Positions 1 to 10,537 of a DNA stretch of 64,000 nucleotides are shown in pieces (the stretch's first letter is position 1; every line of letters begins with the position of its first letter). Below the pieces are notes generated by a model, which was not told where the DNA came from, did not search any database, and worked only from the letters and a program-made list of their open reading frames with translations. This DNA is from Mongoliitalea daihaiensis (GTDB taxonomy: Bacteria; Bacteroidota; Bacteroidia; Cytophagales; Cyclobacteriaceae): the NCBI RefSeq assembly GCF_021596945.1, contig NZ_CP063779.1, positions 1,275,592-1,339,591 on the forward strand. The letters run 5' to 3'. The position numbers and the translations under genes are program-made.

Positions 1-914
1 TCATTGTTGGCTTCATTTTGTTGGCAGCAATTGTAACAGGTATCAAAACTGTGGGCCCTGAAGAGGAAGGAGTAGTCATTCAATTAGGTAAGTACAACAG
101 AACAGTTGATCCTGGATTGAGTTTCATTATTCCTTTTGGAGTGGAAACTATGTACAAGATCCCTGTACAGCGACAATTGAAGCAAGAGTTTGGTTTCCGT
201 ACAACCAATGCAGGGGCACAGACTCAATATTCTAAGAGTTCTTTTGGGGATGAAAGCATGATGCTCACGGGAGATTTGAACCTGTCTGATGTAGAATGGG
301 TAGTTCAATATAGAATTGTAGATTCTTACCGATATCTTTTCCGTGTACGGAATGCGGAAAAAACACTGAGAGATATGTCTGAAGCGGCTATGCGTAAAAT
401 CGTTGGTGACCGCACAGTGAATGAGGTGTTAACTGTTGGGAGACAAGAAGTGGCGAGTTCGGTTGAGGCACTGCTGCAGAAAATGTGTGATGAATATGAA
501 AATGGTATCCGGATTGATCAAGTTGTATTGCAAGATGTCAATCCTCCAGAGCCAGTAAAACCATCTTTCAATGCAGTAAACCAAGCACAACAAGAGCGAG
601 AGACCTTGATCAACCAAGCAGAGGCCGAATATAACAGAGTCATTCCGCGCGCAAGAGGTGAAGCAGAAGAAACTGTTCAGTTAGCCGAAGCGTATGCATT
701 GAATCGTGTAAATAGAGCCAAAGGGGAGGCGGAACGTTTCAATGCTTTATTTGATGCGTATATCAAATCTCCAGAGGTCACCAAGCAACGGATTTATTTA
801 GAGACCATGGAACGTGTATTGCCAAAAATCGGTAACAAAATTATAGTGGATGAAAAGGGTAACAACGTGTTGCCATTATTAAATATTGACAAAGTAAAAT
901 CCAATACACCATGA
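1..914 (+). CDS. hflK: HflK, band-7/SPFH membrane protease modulator. 5' partial: the frame is open to base 3, so the ORF-track start at 18 (TTG) is probably internal.
   Basis: The translation has the SPFH/band-7 core followed by an HflK-type C-terminal A/E-rich coiled coil (..AEAEYNRVIPRARGEAEE..AEAYALNRVNRAKGEAERF). It is immediately followed by an HflC-like gene whose start overlaps its stop by 4 nt (ATGA at 911-914). Confidence 0.8.
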   Translation, partial: IVGFILLAAIVTGIKTVGPEEEGVVIQLGKYNRTVDPGLSFIIPFGVETMYKIPVQRQLKQEFGFRTTNAGAQTQYSKSSFGDESMMLTGDLNLSDVEWVVQYRIVDSYRYLFRVRNAEKTLRDMSEAAMRKIVGDRTVNEVLTVGRQEVASSVEALLQKMCDEYENGIRIDQVVLQDVNPPEPVKPSFNAVNQAQQERETLINQAEAEYNRVIPRARGEAEETVQLAEAYALNRVNRAKGEAERFNALFDAYIKSPEVTKQRIYLETMERVLPKIGNKIIVDEKGNNVLPLLNIDKVKSNTP

Positions 915-1849
915 AAACAAAAAGCACAGTTTTAATTACTATTGGAGTGTTGGCTGCTATTTTATTGTGGAGCAGTGTGTATATACTGGATGAAACCAAG
1001 CAGGCCATTGTAACACAATTTGGAAAGCCTGTTGGGGAACCAAGAACAGAGCCAGGGGTTAATTTTAAAATTCCATTTCTTCACAAGGTTCAATTCTTTG
1101 ATAAGCGATATTTAGAATGGGATGGAGACAGAAATCAAGTTCCTACAAAAGATAAGAAATTTATATTTGTGGATTCTTATGCCCGTTGGGAGATAACCAA
1201 TCCTTTACAGTTTTTCATCCGATTGCGCGATGAGCGTTCGGCACAATCCCGATTGGATGATATTTTGGATGGTGAAACGCGGAATGCAGTAGCCAGTCAT
1301 GACCTACTAGATTTGGTGCGTTCCTCTAACAGAAATCCAGAAATCACAGAAGATTTTATGGAGGAAATAGAAGTTTTAGAAGACATTTCTGTGGGTAAAG
1401 CTGAGATTGAAAAGATTGTATTGGAAAAAGCAAATGAGCGTACCGTAGATTTAGGTGTTCGGATTCTTGATTTTCGATTCAAACGTATGAATTACGTAGA
1501 TGAGGTTAGGGATCGAGTATATGATCGAATGATTTCCGAGAGGGTTCGAATTGCGGATCAGTTTAAATCAGAGGGTCAAGGAGAAGCCAGAAAAATTGAG
1601 GGAAATAAGGAGAGGGATCTTGCACAAATCCAATCTGAAGCGTTTAAATTGGCTGAGGAAATCAAAGGTAGAGCTGATGCAGAGGCGACTAATATTTATG
1701 CTTCGGCTTACAATCGCAATAGACAATCAATTGATCTATATAAATTTGTCCGTTCTATGGAAAGCTTTGAAAAAGCAATGGATGAAAATACCAGCTTGGT
1801 CTTATCCACGGATAGTGAGTTCTTCCGTTATCTGAGAAGATTGAATTAA
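911..1849 (+). CDS. hflC: HflC, band-7/SPFH protein
   Basis: 312 aa with an N-terminal TM helix, then IVTQFGKP..GLNFKIPF..VQFFDKR as in HflC. Its start overlaps the hflK stop (ATGA), the classic hflKC operon arrangement. Confidence 0.8.
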   Translation: MKTKSTVLITIGVLAAILLWSSVYILDETKQAIVTQFGKPVGEPRTEPGVNFKIPFLHKVQFFDKRYLEWDGDRNQVPTKDKKFIFVDSYARWEITNPLQFFIRLRDERSAQSRLDDILDGETRNAVASHDLLDLVRSSNRNPEITEDFMEEIEVLEDISVGKAEIEKIVLEKANERTVDLGVRILDFRFKRMNYVDEVRDRVYDRMISERVRIADQFKSEGQGEARKIEGNKERDLAQIQSEAFKLAEEIKGRADAEATNIYASAYNRNRQSIDLYKFVRSMESFEKAMDENTSLVLSTDSEFFRYLRRLN

Positions 1850-1857
1850 AAAGGAAT

Positions 1858-1890
1858 AAAAAAAGGGGGTCAAAATGACCCCCTTTTTTT
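1858..1890. terminator. Bidirectional Rho-independent terminator between convergent hflC (+) and guaB (-)
   Basis: An A-run, then GGGGGTCA / loop AAA / TGACCCCC (8-bp GC-rich stem), then a T7 run. Flanking A/T tracts on both sides allow termination in either direction. Confidence 0.65.
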
Positions 1891-3367
1891 ATAGTTTCGC
1901 TGAGTAATTTGGAGCTTCTCTGGTAATGCTTACATCGTGAGGATGCGATTCTTTTACACCCGCTGCGGTGATCTTGACAAATTTTCCATCGCGTTGTAGA
2001 TCTTCAATGGTTTTGGTACCACAATAGCCCATGCCTGCTTGCAGTCCACCTACCAATTGGTACAATACTTCAGCTACCTGACCTTTGTAGGCAACTCTAC
2101 CAACAATACCTTCCGGTACTAGTTTTTTGATATTATCTTCCGCATCTTGGAAGTAGCGGTCTTTGGAACCTGATTCCATGGCTTCCAAGGATCCCATTCC
2201 GCGATAGGTTTTGAATTTTCTTCCTTCGTAAATAATCATTTCGCCGGGAGCTTCTTCTGTACCTGCTAGGAGGGAACCTATCATGATCGAACCAGCACCT
2301 GCTGCAATGGCCTTTACCAAGTCACCTGAATAACGGATGCCACCGTCAGCAATTACCGGTACATTTCTGCCTTTTAATACTTCTGCACATTCAAACACAG
2401 CTGAAAGTTGTGGTACACCTACACCTGCGATCACACGGGTGGTACAGATAGAGCCAGGTCCAACACCCACTTTCACCCCATCAGCTCCTGCATCTGCTAA
2501 AGCAGTCGCTGCTTCAGGCGTTGCAATATTGCCCACAATGACATCTAGGTCAGGGAAAGCATCTTTGATTTTTTTGCAGGTTTCAATGACACCTTTGGAA
2601 TGTCCGTGTGCAGTATCGATGGATACTACATCTACACCTGCATTTTTCAAAGCTTCTACACGCTCGACAATATCAGCTGTCACACCTACTGCTGCGCCTA
2701 CCCGTAAGCGGCCATATTCATCTTTGCAGGCATGTGGTTTATCTTTTCTCTTTAGAATATCCTTGTAGGTGATCAATCCTGTCAATCGGTTTTCTTCATC
2801 AACAATCGGCAGTTTTTCGATTTTGTATTCTTGGAGGATTTCCTCTGCTTGCTCTAACGAAACCCCTGCTTTGGCAGTAATCAGGCCATCTATTGTCATG
2901 ATGTCCTTGATGTTTACGTTTGGATCTTTGATGAATCGGAGATCACGATTGGTGATGATTCCTTTCAGTGTTCTGTTTTCATCTACAACAGGGATACCCC
3001 CTATGGAGTATTCACGCATGATGGCTTCTGCATGCTTTACTTTTGCATCAATATCTAAGGTGATGGGATCCAAAATCATTCCAGCCTGAGAACGCTTTAC
3101 CTTTCGCACTTGCGCGGCCTGTTTCTCAATAGACATGTTTTTGTGGATGAATCCAAGTCCTCCTTCCAATGCGATGGCAATGGCCAATTCGGATTCCGTA
3201 ACGGTGTCCATAGCAGCGGATACCAGTGGTATGTTTAACCGAATGTTTTTGGTGAGTTGGGTGGAAGTGTGGGTGTCTCTCGGCAATACTTCTGAGTAAC
3301 CGGGCACCAGAAGCACATCATCGTAAGTAAGTGCTTCGTAGAGGAATTTATCTGAATTTCTGTTCAT
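1889..3367 (-). CDS. guaB: Inosine-5'-monophosphate dehydrogenase
   Basis: 492 aa. N-terminus [32 protein letters not shown], a tandem CBS-domain insert, the catalytic loop [16 protein letters not shown], and C-terminal ..[31 protein letters not shown]. This is a textbook IMPDH. Confidence 0.92.
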   Translation of the reverse strand: MNRNSDKFLYEALTYDDVLLVPGYSEVLPRDTHTSTQLTKNIRLNIPLVSAAMDTVTESELAIAIALEGGLGFIHKNMSIEKQAAQVRKVKRSQAGMILDPITLDIDAKVKHAEAIMREYSIGGIPVVDENRTLKGIITNRDLRFIKDPNVNIKDIMTIDGLITAKAGVSLEQAEEILQEYKIEKLPIVDEENRLTGLITYKDILKRKDKPHACKDEYGRLRVGAAVGVTADIVERVEALKNAGVDVVSIDTAHGHSKGVIETCKKIKDAFPDLDVIVGNIATPEAATALADAGADGVKVGVGPGSICTTRVIAGVGVPQLSAVFECAEVLKGRNVPVIADGGIRYSGDLVKAIAAGAGSIMIGSLLAGTEEAPGEMIIYEGRKFKTYRGMGSLEAMESGSKDRYFQDAEDNIKKLVPEGIVGRVAYKGQVAEVLYQLVGGLQAGMGYCGTKTIEDLQRDGKFVKITAAGVKESHPHDVSITREAPNYSAKL

Positions 3368-3508
3368 GGCAAATGTGGTTAGGTAACCCTATTTGCCCGT
3401 CAAAGATACAAACATTTTCCATTGTGGCTCAAGGCCAATTCAAAATAATTTAAAGTTTAGCTAAAAAAACAGGAAAGAATTAAAATAAAATTTGGTTTCA
3501 GGGATCGC

Positions 3509-3988
3509 TTAGGCTATGGTAGATTGTGAAAGCGTCCCAGTTTTTGTAGCTCGGATAATGAAATATAGCATCAGCCCAAAAGGACCGGCCATGAATGTCC
3601 CGAGTAGTGCAGGCAACAACAGCCACCTGCTGATATCTTTTTTCCAAGCATCGTTGGCAATCCACATGCCTACGAAGAGGTCAAATGCCAAGTAATGAAT
3701 CCAACCAGCGAGTAATGCCTCATCTGAACTCATCAGAGCCTTTACCTCGCTCAAACTCCCAAATCCGGCGCCTTCCATATCCCCTGTGCTAATGCCATAG
3801 ATGAGGTAAAACACGTAGGTTCCGCCCAACAACATCAATACTCCAGAAAACAGGGTGGTATATATCCACGGTTGGGAATAAAAGATAAACAAGCCTATCC
3901 AAGCAAAAAACGCTAAGGTGCTCGCCATTCCAAATACAGCTTCTAAGGTCATAGGGGTAGGGTTTATGTCTATGTACCAAGATAGCAA
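3509..3988 (-). CDS. Small polytopic membrane protein (about 4 TM), possibly DUF4281/ABA4-like
   Basis: 159 aa and very hydrophobic, with four predicted helices. The motif WIHYLAFDLFVGMWI resembles the DUF4281 family. No catalytic motif was recognised. Confidence 0.35.
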   Translation of the reverse strand: MLSWYIDINPTPMTLEAVFGMASTLAFFAWIGLFIFYSQPWIYTTLFSGVLMLLGGTYVFYLIYGISTGDMEGAGFGSLSEVKALMSSDEALLAGWIHYLAFDLFVGMWIANDAWKKDISRWLLLPALLGTFMAGPFGLMLYFIIRATKTGTLSQSTIA

Positions 3989-4082
3989 TTATTTTGTCTA
4001 TCCACACATTGCATAGGCAAATCACCTGTGAATACCATCCACTTAACCAATTTTCCGTGAATAGGTAGCCCTGTATTCACCT

Positions 4083-4664
4083 TTACAACTTTTTAAATTC
4101 CAACGTGTTGATTAAGTGGACCAAATCTACCTTGATGTACTCTATGACTGGAGAAAGAGAGTCATTTTTCATAGCGGTGTTGAAATACAATGCTCCGCGG
4201 AGAAAGTTTTCTGTTGAGTCGGTGACAAAAAACTGAAATTGGGTAGGCACTTCGCCAGTTAACTCCGCAACTACTCCTGTGTACCCTTTGGGCGTGAGCA
4301 GGACAGATTCTTCTATGCCATAGGCTTTAATCTGATGTTTGGCCGTGAGGTTGATAGCATCGTTGAGCACTGCTTTGAGGTCTTTTCCTTTGGTATCCAG
4401 GGGCAAGTAGGTTAAATGAACTTTGGCTCCAAGTGTTTTATAATTCAGATTGATCCAAGTTTTTTGAGCTAAATTGAAGGAATCTGACTCAATAAACGCG
4501 TGGGTAGAATGTTGAAAAACATAGGGTTGGGACATGGAAAGCATTTCAAATGCCCGCTCGGGTAGATCGATGCGGTTGTAACCATTGGGTTTGGGTAAAT
4601 AATCCTGTCCGCAGGAGAAAAGGAAGCAAATGGAAACAAGCGTGCAAAATATTCTGTTATGCAT
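4083..4664 (-). CDS. Lipoprotein, possibly gliding-motility lipoprotein GldD-like
   Basis: 193 aa. It has a lipoprotein signal peptide with a lipobox (LFSCGQD), followed by a DYLPKPNGYNRIDLP motif reminiscent of GldD (about 190-aa Bacteroidota lipoprotein). The assignment is from memory of the family only. Confidence 0.4.
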   Translation of the reverse strand: MHNRIFCTLVSICFLFSCGQDYLPKPNGYNRIDLPERAFEMLSMSQPYVFQHSTHAFIESDSFNLAQKTWINLNYKTLGAKVHLTYLPLDTKGKDLKAVLNDAINLTAKHQIKAYGIEESVLLTPKGYTGVVAELTGEVPTQFQFFVTDSTENFLRGALYFNTAMKNDSLSPVIEYIKVDLVHLINTLEFKKL

Positions 4665-4738
4665 AAGTCAAAGGTAGTAGTATCTATTGGTTTTGACAGA
4701 ATAGATTTATCATTTAAACGTACAAAACAATACAAACA

Positions 4739-5266
4739 ATGAAAAAGACCCCAATAATTTTTGCAAGTCTTCTGGGTGCAATGATGCTTTTTTCTGCATT
4801 TTCTGCATCAGCACAAACAACCATTGAAGAATTTGTTGCCAAGTGGGATAATGGCAAGCAGTTTACACTCGATGTTGTAGACAAGATGCCGGATAATCTC
4901 TTGGATTATAAGCCTCATGCTTCTGCGATGAGCTTCAATGAGCAGGTGACACACCTATCGGGTGCGATGGTGATGATTGCTAAGAACTTTCTAAATGGGT
5001 CGGATCCTTCATTTGACCCTAGCGTGAAGCCTACTACAAAAGCAGAATTGAAGGCGTTGGTATCTGCTAGCTACGATTATGTGAAGCTTACTGCCAGTGG
5101 ACTGACTGCCGCTCAGTTCGCGGAGAATGTAGAAATTTTCGGAAGTACAGCTAGTCGCAGACAGGTATTGGCCTTGATCGATGACCATACTACCCACCAC
5201 AGAGGTGCTGCTATTTCCTATATCCGTGCAAACGGCATCGAGCCTCCGAGATTCAGTGGAATGTAA
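4739..5266 (+). CDS. Secreted DinB/YfiT-like (DinB_2) metal-dependent four-helix-bundle protein
   Basis: 175 aa with a signal peptide (..SAFSASAQ). The three-histidine motif typical of DinB_2 proteins is present (H..., DDHTTHHRG). Confidence 0.65.
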   Translation: MKKTPIIFASLLGAMMLFSAFSASAQTTIEEFVAKWDNGKQFTLDVVDKMPDNLLDYKPHASAMSFNEQVTHLSGAMVMIAKNFLNGSDPSFDPSVKPTTKAELKALVSASYDYVKLTASGLTAAQFAENVEIFGSTASRRQVLALIDDHTTHHRGAAISYIRANGIEPPRFSGM

Positions 5267-5446
5267 TATCGGTCAACGGTTGGACGGTCCACTGTCCACG
5301 GTTTGGTTCAAGTCTTCAGAATTGCGAAAAGAGGCAGTTTTTTTTCACGCCACGAGCGCAGCGTTTCTCCGCCACGGTCGCCAAGGGATTGATGGAGTGC
5401 TTGAAGGATTTTTGCTATGTGGACGTTACTTCTACATCGAAAATCC

Positions 5447-5486
5447 AGACCCGGCAGGTTTTAAAAACCTGCCGGGTCTTTCACTA
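5447..5486. other. Very stable perfect inverted repeat (12-16 bp stem) in a convergent intergenic region
   Basis: AGACCCGGCAGGTTTT / AAAACCTGCCGGGTCT form a perfect palindrome around a TTTTAAAAA centre. It lies 180 bp downstream of the DinB-like gene stop and 255 bp from the nitroreductase stop. It is likely a bidirectional terminator or RNA-stability element. Confidence 0.5.
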
Positions 5487-5520
5487 AAAATGTAATAGTT
5501 AGATTTTAAGGGTATCTTTT

Positions 5521-5610
5521 TTTGTCACTGTTCACTGTTCACTGCTCACTTCCCGCTGCTCACTGTCCCCTCTCCACTGGCTTCGACTCCGCTCAACCAC
5601 CGTGGCACTA
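5521..5610. repeat. Degenerate heptanucleotide tandem repeat (TTCACTG-like, about 8 units)
   Basis: GTCACTG TTCACTG TTCACTG CTCACTT CCCGCTG CTCACTG TCCCCTC TCCACTG. CACTG recurs with exact 7-nt periodicity at 5526, 5533 and 5540, then continues degenerately. Confidence 0.5.
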
Positions 5611-5741
5611 GTCTCGTTCTGAAATTGCTTGACGCTTTTTTAAAGAATAATTTCCTTATTTACACGCCACCAATATATCGCCGATCCTGTCTACCAAAGG
5701 TAGGAGGCTTATTTCAACTTATATCGCGCTAGCATATATCA

Positions 5742-6344
5742 TTACCTAACCCAATTCACCTTCTCCTCAATTGGCTTTCTTCTCCCCGTCGGCCATCTGT
5801 CGGTAGCGGGTTTGGCTACGTAGAAAAAGCCCATCAGCATATCTTCTTCACCCAAACCAAACCATTCTTTGGCTTCCGGCCAGAAAGTTGGTCCGCCTGT
5901 TCCCCAATAGGCTGCAAGTCCATGTGCAGATGCCGTTAAGTACATGTTCTGAACAGCCATGGCAACAGCAGCGATTTCTTCCATGACAGGTAAGTTTGCA
6001 CGAAGGTCACGCTTGAGTTGAATGGCAATGATGTGAGAGGCTTTGAGTGGGTTTTCTTTGAGCTTTTGGTAGGTAGCTTCTATGAAATTACCGGCTTTTT
6101 CAGCCCGCTCTTTGTATAGGCCCGATTGAAATTCCGAAAAGCGCTTCAATCCTTCTCCTGAAAACACGGTAAATTCCCAAGGTTCAGTCAATTTATGTGT
6201 TGGTGCCCAAGTGGCATTGGTGAGCATTTCCTCAATGATGGCATCGTCCACAGGATCATTTTCCTTAAACTGTGCCACAAACATGGATCTCCGTCCACGA
6301 ATAATTTTATTTACTTCAGCTATATTGAAATCAGGTCTTTCCAT
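5742..6344 (-). CDS. Nitroreductase-family (NfnB/NfsB-like) flavoprotein
   Basis: 200 aa. Nitroreductase fold signatures are present: N-terminal RRSMFVAQFKENDPV, ..TNATWAPTHKLTEPWEF.., C-terminal ..AAYWGTGG. Confidence 0.75.
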   Translation of the reverse strand: MERPDFNIAEVNKIIRGRRSMFVAQFKENDPVDDAIIEEMLTNATWAPTHKLTEPWEFTVFSGEGLKRFSEFQSGLYKERAEKAGNFIEATYQKLKENPLKASHIIAIQLKRDLRANLPVMEEIAAVAMAVQNMYLTASAHGLAAYWGTGGPTFWPEAKEWFGLGEEDMLMGFFYVAKPATDRWPTGRRKPIEEKVNWVR

Positions 6345-6495
6345 GATCGTTTTGTGAGTTTGATTCGTTTTAAGAATGCAAATCCAGCAAAAAAAGTTTG
6401 TACATGGTTAGATTTCTCCACGGTTAAACACCAACAAATTTTCAGATCTAAGCTGGGTCAGTCTGTGACATCTGTTATTTTATCTGGGTCAAAAA

Positions 6496-8286
6496 TTACT
6501 CAGCAAATTGCAATCGCACAAGATTGGCATAGAACCCTTCTTCTTGGGAGGCCAATGATTCATGAGAACCTTGTTCCACAATTTTGCCCTCTGATAGCAC
6601 ATAGATTTTATCCACCTTACGGATGGTCGCTAGTCGATGGGCGATGATGATGGTGGTTCTGTTTTTCATCAACTCATCTAAAGCTTCCTGTACTAAAGAC
6701 TCTGATTCCGCATCTAATGAAGATGTAGCCTCATCTAAAATTAAGATTGCTGGATCTTTCAAAATTGCCCGTGCAATAGCGACCCGCTGACGCTGACCTC
6801 CTGAGAGTTTGATTCCCCGCTCACCAACTAGGGTGTCTAGGCCTTCTGGAAGTTTGGTGATGAACTGCCAGGCATTGGCTTTTCGGGCAGCTTCGATGAT
6901 TTCCTCCTCTGTAGCATCGGGTTTGGCATAGGCAATGTTTTCCCGGATACTTCCTCCAAATAATAAGACTTCTTGAGGCACAATCCCGATATTGGAGCGC
7001 AATTGCTTCAAATTCCAATCTTGTATAGGCTTGCCATCCACTCGTATTTCTCCTTTGCTGACTTCGTAAAACTTTAGCAATAGCTGAATAATGGTCGATT
7101 TACCAGCTCCGCTGTGTCCTGCCAAAGCGATTTTCTGGCCTGCATCCACTTCAAAGTTGAGTTGTTGTAAGACATCTACTTCAGATCGGGTGGGATATGC
7201 AAAAGATACCTGATCAAAAACGATGTTGCCATAAACGGGCACTTGCTGAAAATCGGCTGTAGATACTTCTGCTTCTTCGTCTAAGATTTCCAATACACGC
7301 TCGGACGAACCAATTGCTTTTTGGATTTGACCATAAATATCTCCCAATCCAGCTATGGAACCACCAATAAAGGTAGTATAGAGTACGAATGACACCAAAT
7401 CCCCTACACTCATCTCTCCAGAAGCTACCAAGGTTGCTCCGTACCACATGACAGCTACAATGCCACCAAATAAAGCAAAGATGATAAAGGAAATAAAGGC
7501 TCCTCGGAAACCAGCAGCTTTCAAGGCCACTTTGACTACCTTATTGAGGCTATTTTCGTAACGTCTTGATTCAAAGTCTTCCCCAACAAAGGACTTAACT
7601 GTCATGATCGACTGCATGGTTTCTTCCACGATTACATTGGCGGCAGCCAATTCATCTTGAGTTTGCTTGGAGAGTTTGCGGATAAATTTTCCAAATACCA
7701 TTGCAAAAATCACTAGTATCGGAAAAGTAGCCACCATAAAGATGGTTAGCTTGGGTGTGGTAAAAAATAGAAATGCAACACCCGCCAAGAGCGTAATGAG
7801 CTGACGGAAGAGTTCTGCCAAGGTAGTAGAAAAGGCTTCTTGCAACATACTCACATCAGATGTGATACGACTGATCAATTCTCCTGTTCTTCGCTTGTCA
7901 AAGAAGGTCATCGGTAGCTGCACCAATTTGGAATACAAGGCTTTGCGGATGTCTCGCATGCTGCGCTCATTGACTTTAGCAAAAAGCCAGACGCGGAAAA
8001 AAGAAAATACACTTTGGATAAGTAAGATGCCTACAAGCATTAAAGCAATCCAATTGACGTCTTCCACAATCCAGGATTCTCCAGAAGCAGTGTCGATAAG
8101 TTTACCAGCGACAAATGGGAATGTCAATAGGGTCAAACTTGAAAAGAGTAAGAAGACCATTCCCATAAAAAAAGAGAACCGATATGGCCATACAAACTTA
8201 AATATCCCCCCTAGCTTACTCAGATTCTGTTTGTTGAGCTGTCGTTTTTCGTGTTCTTCAAGGGCTGTGCCTCTCTTTTTTGCCAT
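6496..8286 (-). CDS. ABC transporter fused permease/ATPase (MsbA/ABCB-type exporter)
   Basis: 596 aa. N-terminal 6-TM domain, Walker A GHSGAGKST, ABC signature LSGGQRQRVAIARAIL, Walker B ILILDEATSSLD and an H-loop. Confidence 0.88.
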   Translation of the reverse strand: MAKKRGTALEEHEKRQLNKQNLSKLGGIFKFVWPYRFSFFMGMVFLLFSSLTLLTFPFVAGKLIDTASGESWIVEDVNWIALMLVGILLIQSVFSFFRVWLFAKVNERSMRDIRKALYSKLVQLPMTFFDKRRTGELISRITSDVSMLQEAFSTTLAELFRQLITLLAGVAFLFFTTPKLTIFMVATFPILVIFAMVFGKFIRKLSKQTQDELAAANVIVEETMQSIMTVKSFVGEDFESRRYENSLNKVVKVALKAAGFRGAFISFIIFALFGGIVAVMWYGATLVASGEMSVGDLVSFVLYTTFIGGSIAGLGDIYGQIQKAIGSSERVLEILDEEAEVSTADFQQVPVYGNIVFDQVSFAYPTRSEVDVLQQLNFEVDAGQKIALAGHSGAGKSTIIQLLLKFYEVSKGEIRVDGKPIQDWNLKQLRSNIGIVPQEVLLFGGSIRENIAYAKPDATEEEIIEAARKANAWQFITKLPEGLDTLVGERGIKLSGGQRQRVAIARAILKDPAILILDEATSSLDAESESLVQEALDELMKNRTTIIIAHRLATIRKVDKIYVLSEGKIVEQGSHESLASQEEGFYANLVRLQFAE

Positions 8287-8392
8287 TGTTTAGCTACCTA
8301 CGTGATAATCAATTTTGCAAATTTAAGGAATACATCGCTAAAGATTCTTAAATTCCAAGCGCTTTTGCATATTAACCCAAAAACTTACACCT

Positions 8393-10516
8393 ATGAACAA
8401 CAAAAGTATCCTGTATGTTGCAGTGATGGGCCTAATTACGATGGCCTGCCAATCTCAAGAAAAATTCCTTACAATCGACGTGACTTATCCAGAATCCCAT
8501 AAATCCGACCAAGTAGACATCTATTGGGGAGCATCCGTAGCGGATCCTTACCGATGGATGGAAGACGATTATGCCGAAGAAACCAAAGCTTGGGTGCAAG
8601 CCCAAAACGAGGTGACTTTTGGCTACCTCTCACAAATCCCATTCAGAGAAGCCATTCGGCAACGCTTGGAAGAAGTCTGGAATTATGAGCGTATTTCTGC
8701 CCCTTCTAAAAATGGAGATTTTGAATATTTCTACAAAAATGATGGGTTACAAAATCAGTCTATCCTTTTCCGAAGACCGTATGGAGGTGGAGGGGAAGAA
8801 CTCTTTTTAGATCCAAATAACCTATCCGAAGATGGTACAAGCTCTTTGGGAGGTGCTGCATTTACTGCTGATGGTTCCTTATTTGCCTATGCGGTTTCTG
8901 TTGCGGGTTCGGATTGGAGAGATATCTATGTGATGGATGCGAAGACCAAGGAGCCTTTGGAAGACAAGGTTTTGGATGCCAAGTTTACGGGGATTGCTTG
9001 GAAGGAAAATGAAGGATTTTTCTATTCGACCTATGATAAACCAGGAGGCTCTAAATTATCAGCGTTCATCAACAACCATAAGCTTTATTATCACAAACTC
9101 GGTACAGACCAAAGTCAGGATGTATTGGTATTTGGTGATGATAACAATCCTCGAAGGTATGTGGGTGCGAGCGTGACAGAGGATGGCAAGTACCTGATCA
9201 TCACAGCAGCAAATAGCACCACGGGTAATGAGCTTTATTTTCAGGATTTGCAGAAGGTAAACGCTCCTATTGTCCCCATCGTTCGTACTATGGACAATAC
9301 CCATTATGTGGTAGACCATGCGGATGGTAATTTGTATATTTTTACCAATTTGGGAGCTCCTAACAATAAACTTGTAAAGGCTTCGGTTAGCCAATTTGAT
9401 CCATCCAGTTGGGTGGATGTCATTCCGGAGACGGAGAATGTCTTAGATATTTCAAAAGCTGGAGGAAAGTTTTTTGCTTCTTATCTAAAAGATGCCATCT
9501 CTGAAGTGCGTCAATTTGATTATCAAGGGAATGAGGAGCGCTTGATTGAATTACCAGGAGTAGGTTCAGCTGGTGGATTTTCAGGAAAAAATGATGCATC
9601 TTACATCTATTATTCCTTCACTTCATACATCAATCCGAGTTCGTCTTACCGTTACGACATTGCTTCCGGTGCTTCCATGTTGTACAATGCCCCAAAAATT
9701 CAGTTTGATCCTACGCAATACGAAAGCAATCAGGTATTTTACACGTCCAAAGATGGCACCCGTGTTCCGATGATTGTCACGCACAAAAAGGGGTTGGAAT
9801 TGAATGGAAAAAACCCAACGATTTTGTATGGCTATGGAGGTTTTGGAGTGAGTTTGACTCCGTATTTTAGCATTGCCAATACTGTGTGGTTGGAAAATGG
9901 GGGTGTGTATGCTGTGCCTAATCTTCGTGGGGGAGGAGAGTATGGAGAAAACTGGCATTTGGCTGGTACTAAAATGAACAAGCAGAATGTCTTTGATGAT
10001 TTCATTGCAGCAGCGGAGTATTTGATCGAAAAAGGCTATACCTCATCCGATTACCTGGCTCTGCGTGGAGGAAGCAATGGAGGCTTATTGGTGGGTGCGG
10101 TGATGACGCAACGACCGGATTTGGCGAAAGTTGCTTTTCCTGCGGTGGGTGTGTTGGATATGTTGCGGTACCATCAGTTTACTGCTGGTGCAGGTTGGGC
10201 GTATGATTATGGGACGGCTGATGATAGTGAAGAAATGTACCAGTATTTGAAAGGCTATTCTCCCTTGCATAATTTGAGACCGGCGGCTTATCCTGCCACC
10301 TTGGTCACTACTGCTGACCATGACGATCGGGTAGTTCCGGCCCATTCCTTCAAATTTGCAGCCACCCTACAAGCTGCCCACCAAGGCAAAAATCCAGTTT
10401 TGATCCGTATCGAAACCAACGCAGGCCATGGTGCTGGTAAACCAACGGCCATGCAAATAGCGGAGATAGCAGATATTTTTGCGTTTGGCTTGTATAATAT
10501 GGGGGTGGGATATTAG
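8393..10516 (+). CDS. Prolyl oligopeptidase (S9A prolyl endopeptidase), secreted or periplasmic
   Basis: 707 aa with a signal peptide. N-terminal DPYRWMEDD. beta-propeller region. Catalytic Ser in GGSNGGLLVGAV, then Asp and His further downstream. Matches the prolyl endopeptidase family end to end. Confidence 0.88.
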   Translation: MNNKSILYVAVMGLITMACQSQEKFLTIDVTYPESHKSDQVDIYWGASVADPYRWMEDDYAEETKAWVQAQNEVTFGYLSQIPFREAIRQRLEEVWNYERISAPSKNGDFEYFYKNDGLQNQSILFRRPYGGGGEELFLDPNNLSEDGTSSLGGAAFTADGSLFAYAVSVAGSDWRDIYVMDAKTKEPLEDKVLDAKFTGIAWKENEGFFYSTYDKPGGSKLSAFINNHKLYYHKLGTDQSQDVLVFGDDNNPRRYVGASVTEDGKYLIITAANSTTGNELYFQDLQKVNAPIVPIVRTMDNTHYVVDHADGNLYIFTNLGAPNNKLVKASVSQFDPSSWVDVIPETENVLDISKAGGKFFASYLKDAISEVRQFDYQGNEERLIELPGVGSAGGFSGKNDASYIYYSFTSYINPSSSYRYDIASGASMLYNAPKIQFDPTQYESNQVFYTSKDGTRVPMIVTHKKGLELNGKNPTILYGYGGFGVSLTPYFSIANTVWLENGGVYAVPNLRGGGEYGENWHLAGTKMNKQNVFDDFIAAAEYLIEKGYTSSDYLALRGGSNGGLLVGAVMTQRPDLAKVAFPAVGVLDMLRYHQFTAGAGWAYDYGTADDSEEMYQYLKGYSPLHNLRPAAYPATLVTTADHDDRVVPAHSFKFAATLQAAHQGKNPVLIRIETNAGHGAGKPTAMQIAEIADIFAFGLYNMGVGY

Positions 10517-10537
10517 GTGATACTGATGGATATTTGT

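Noticed and set aside
2337-3089. Two plus-strand ORFs (143 and 106 aa) inside guaB
   Set aside because: They are antisense to a highly conserved IMPDH coding sequence. Their translations are low-complexity (Ser/Thr/Ala/Pro-rich) with no start context, which is a typical shadow-ORF artefact.
5181-5495. A 104-aa plus-strand ORF overlapping the end of the DinB-like gene and running through the palindrome
   Set aside because: It overlaps a well-supported gene in another frame, spans a strong hairpin, and has no recognisable features. It is probably spurious, although a small RNA in this gap is not excluded.
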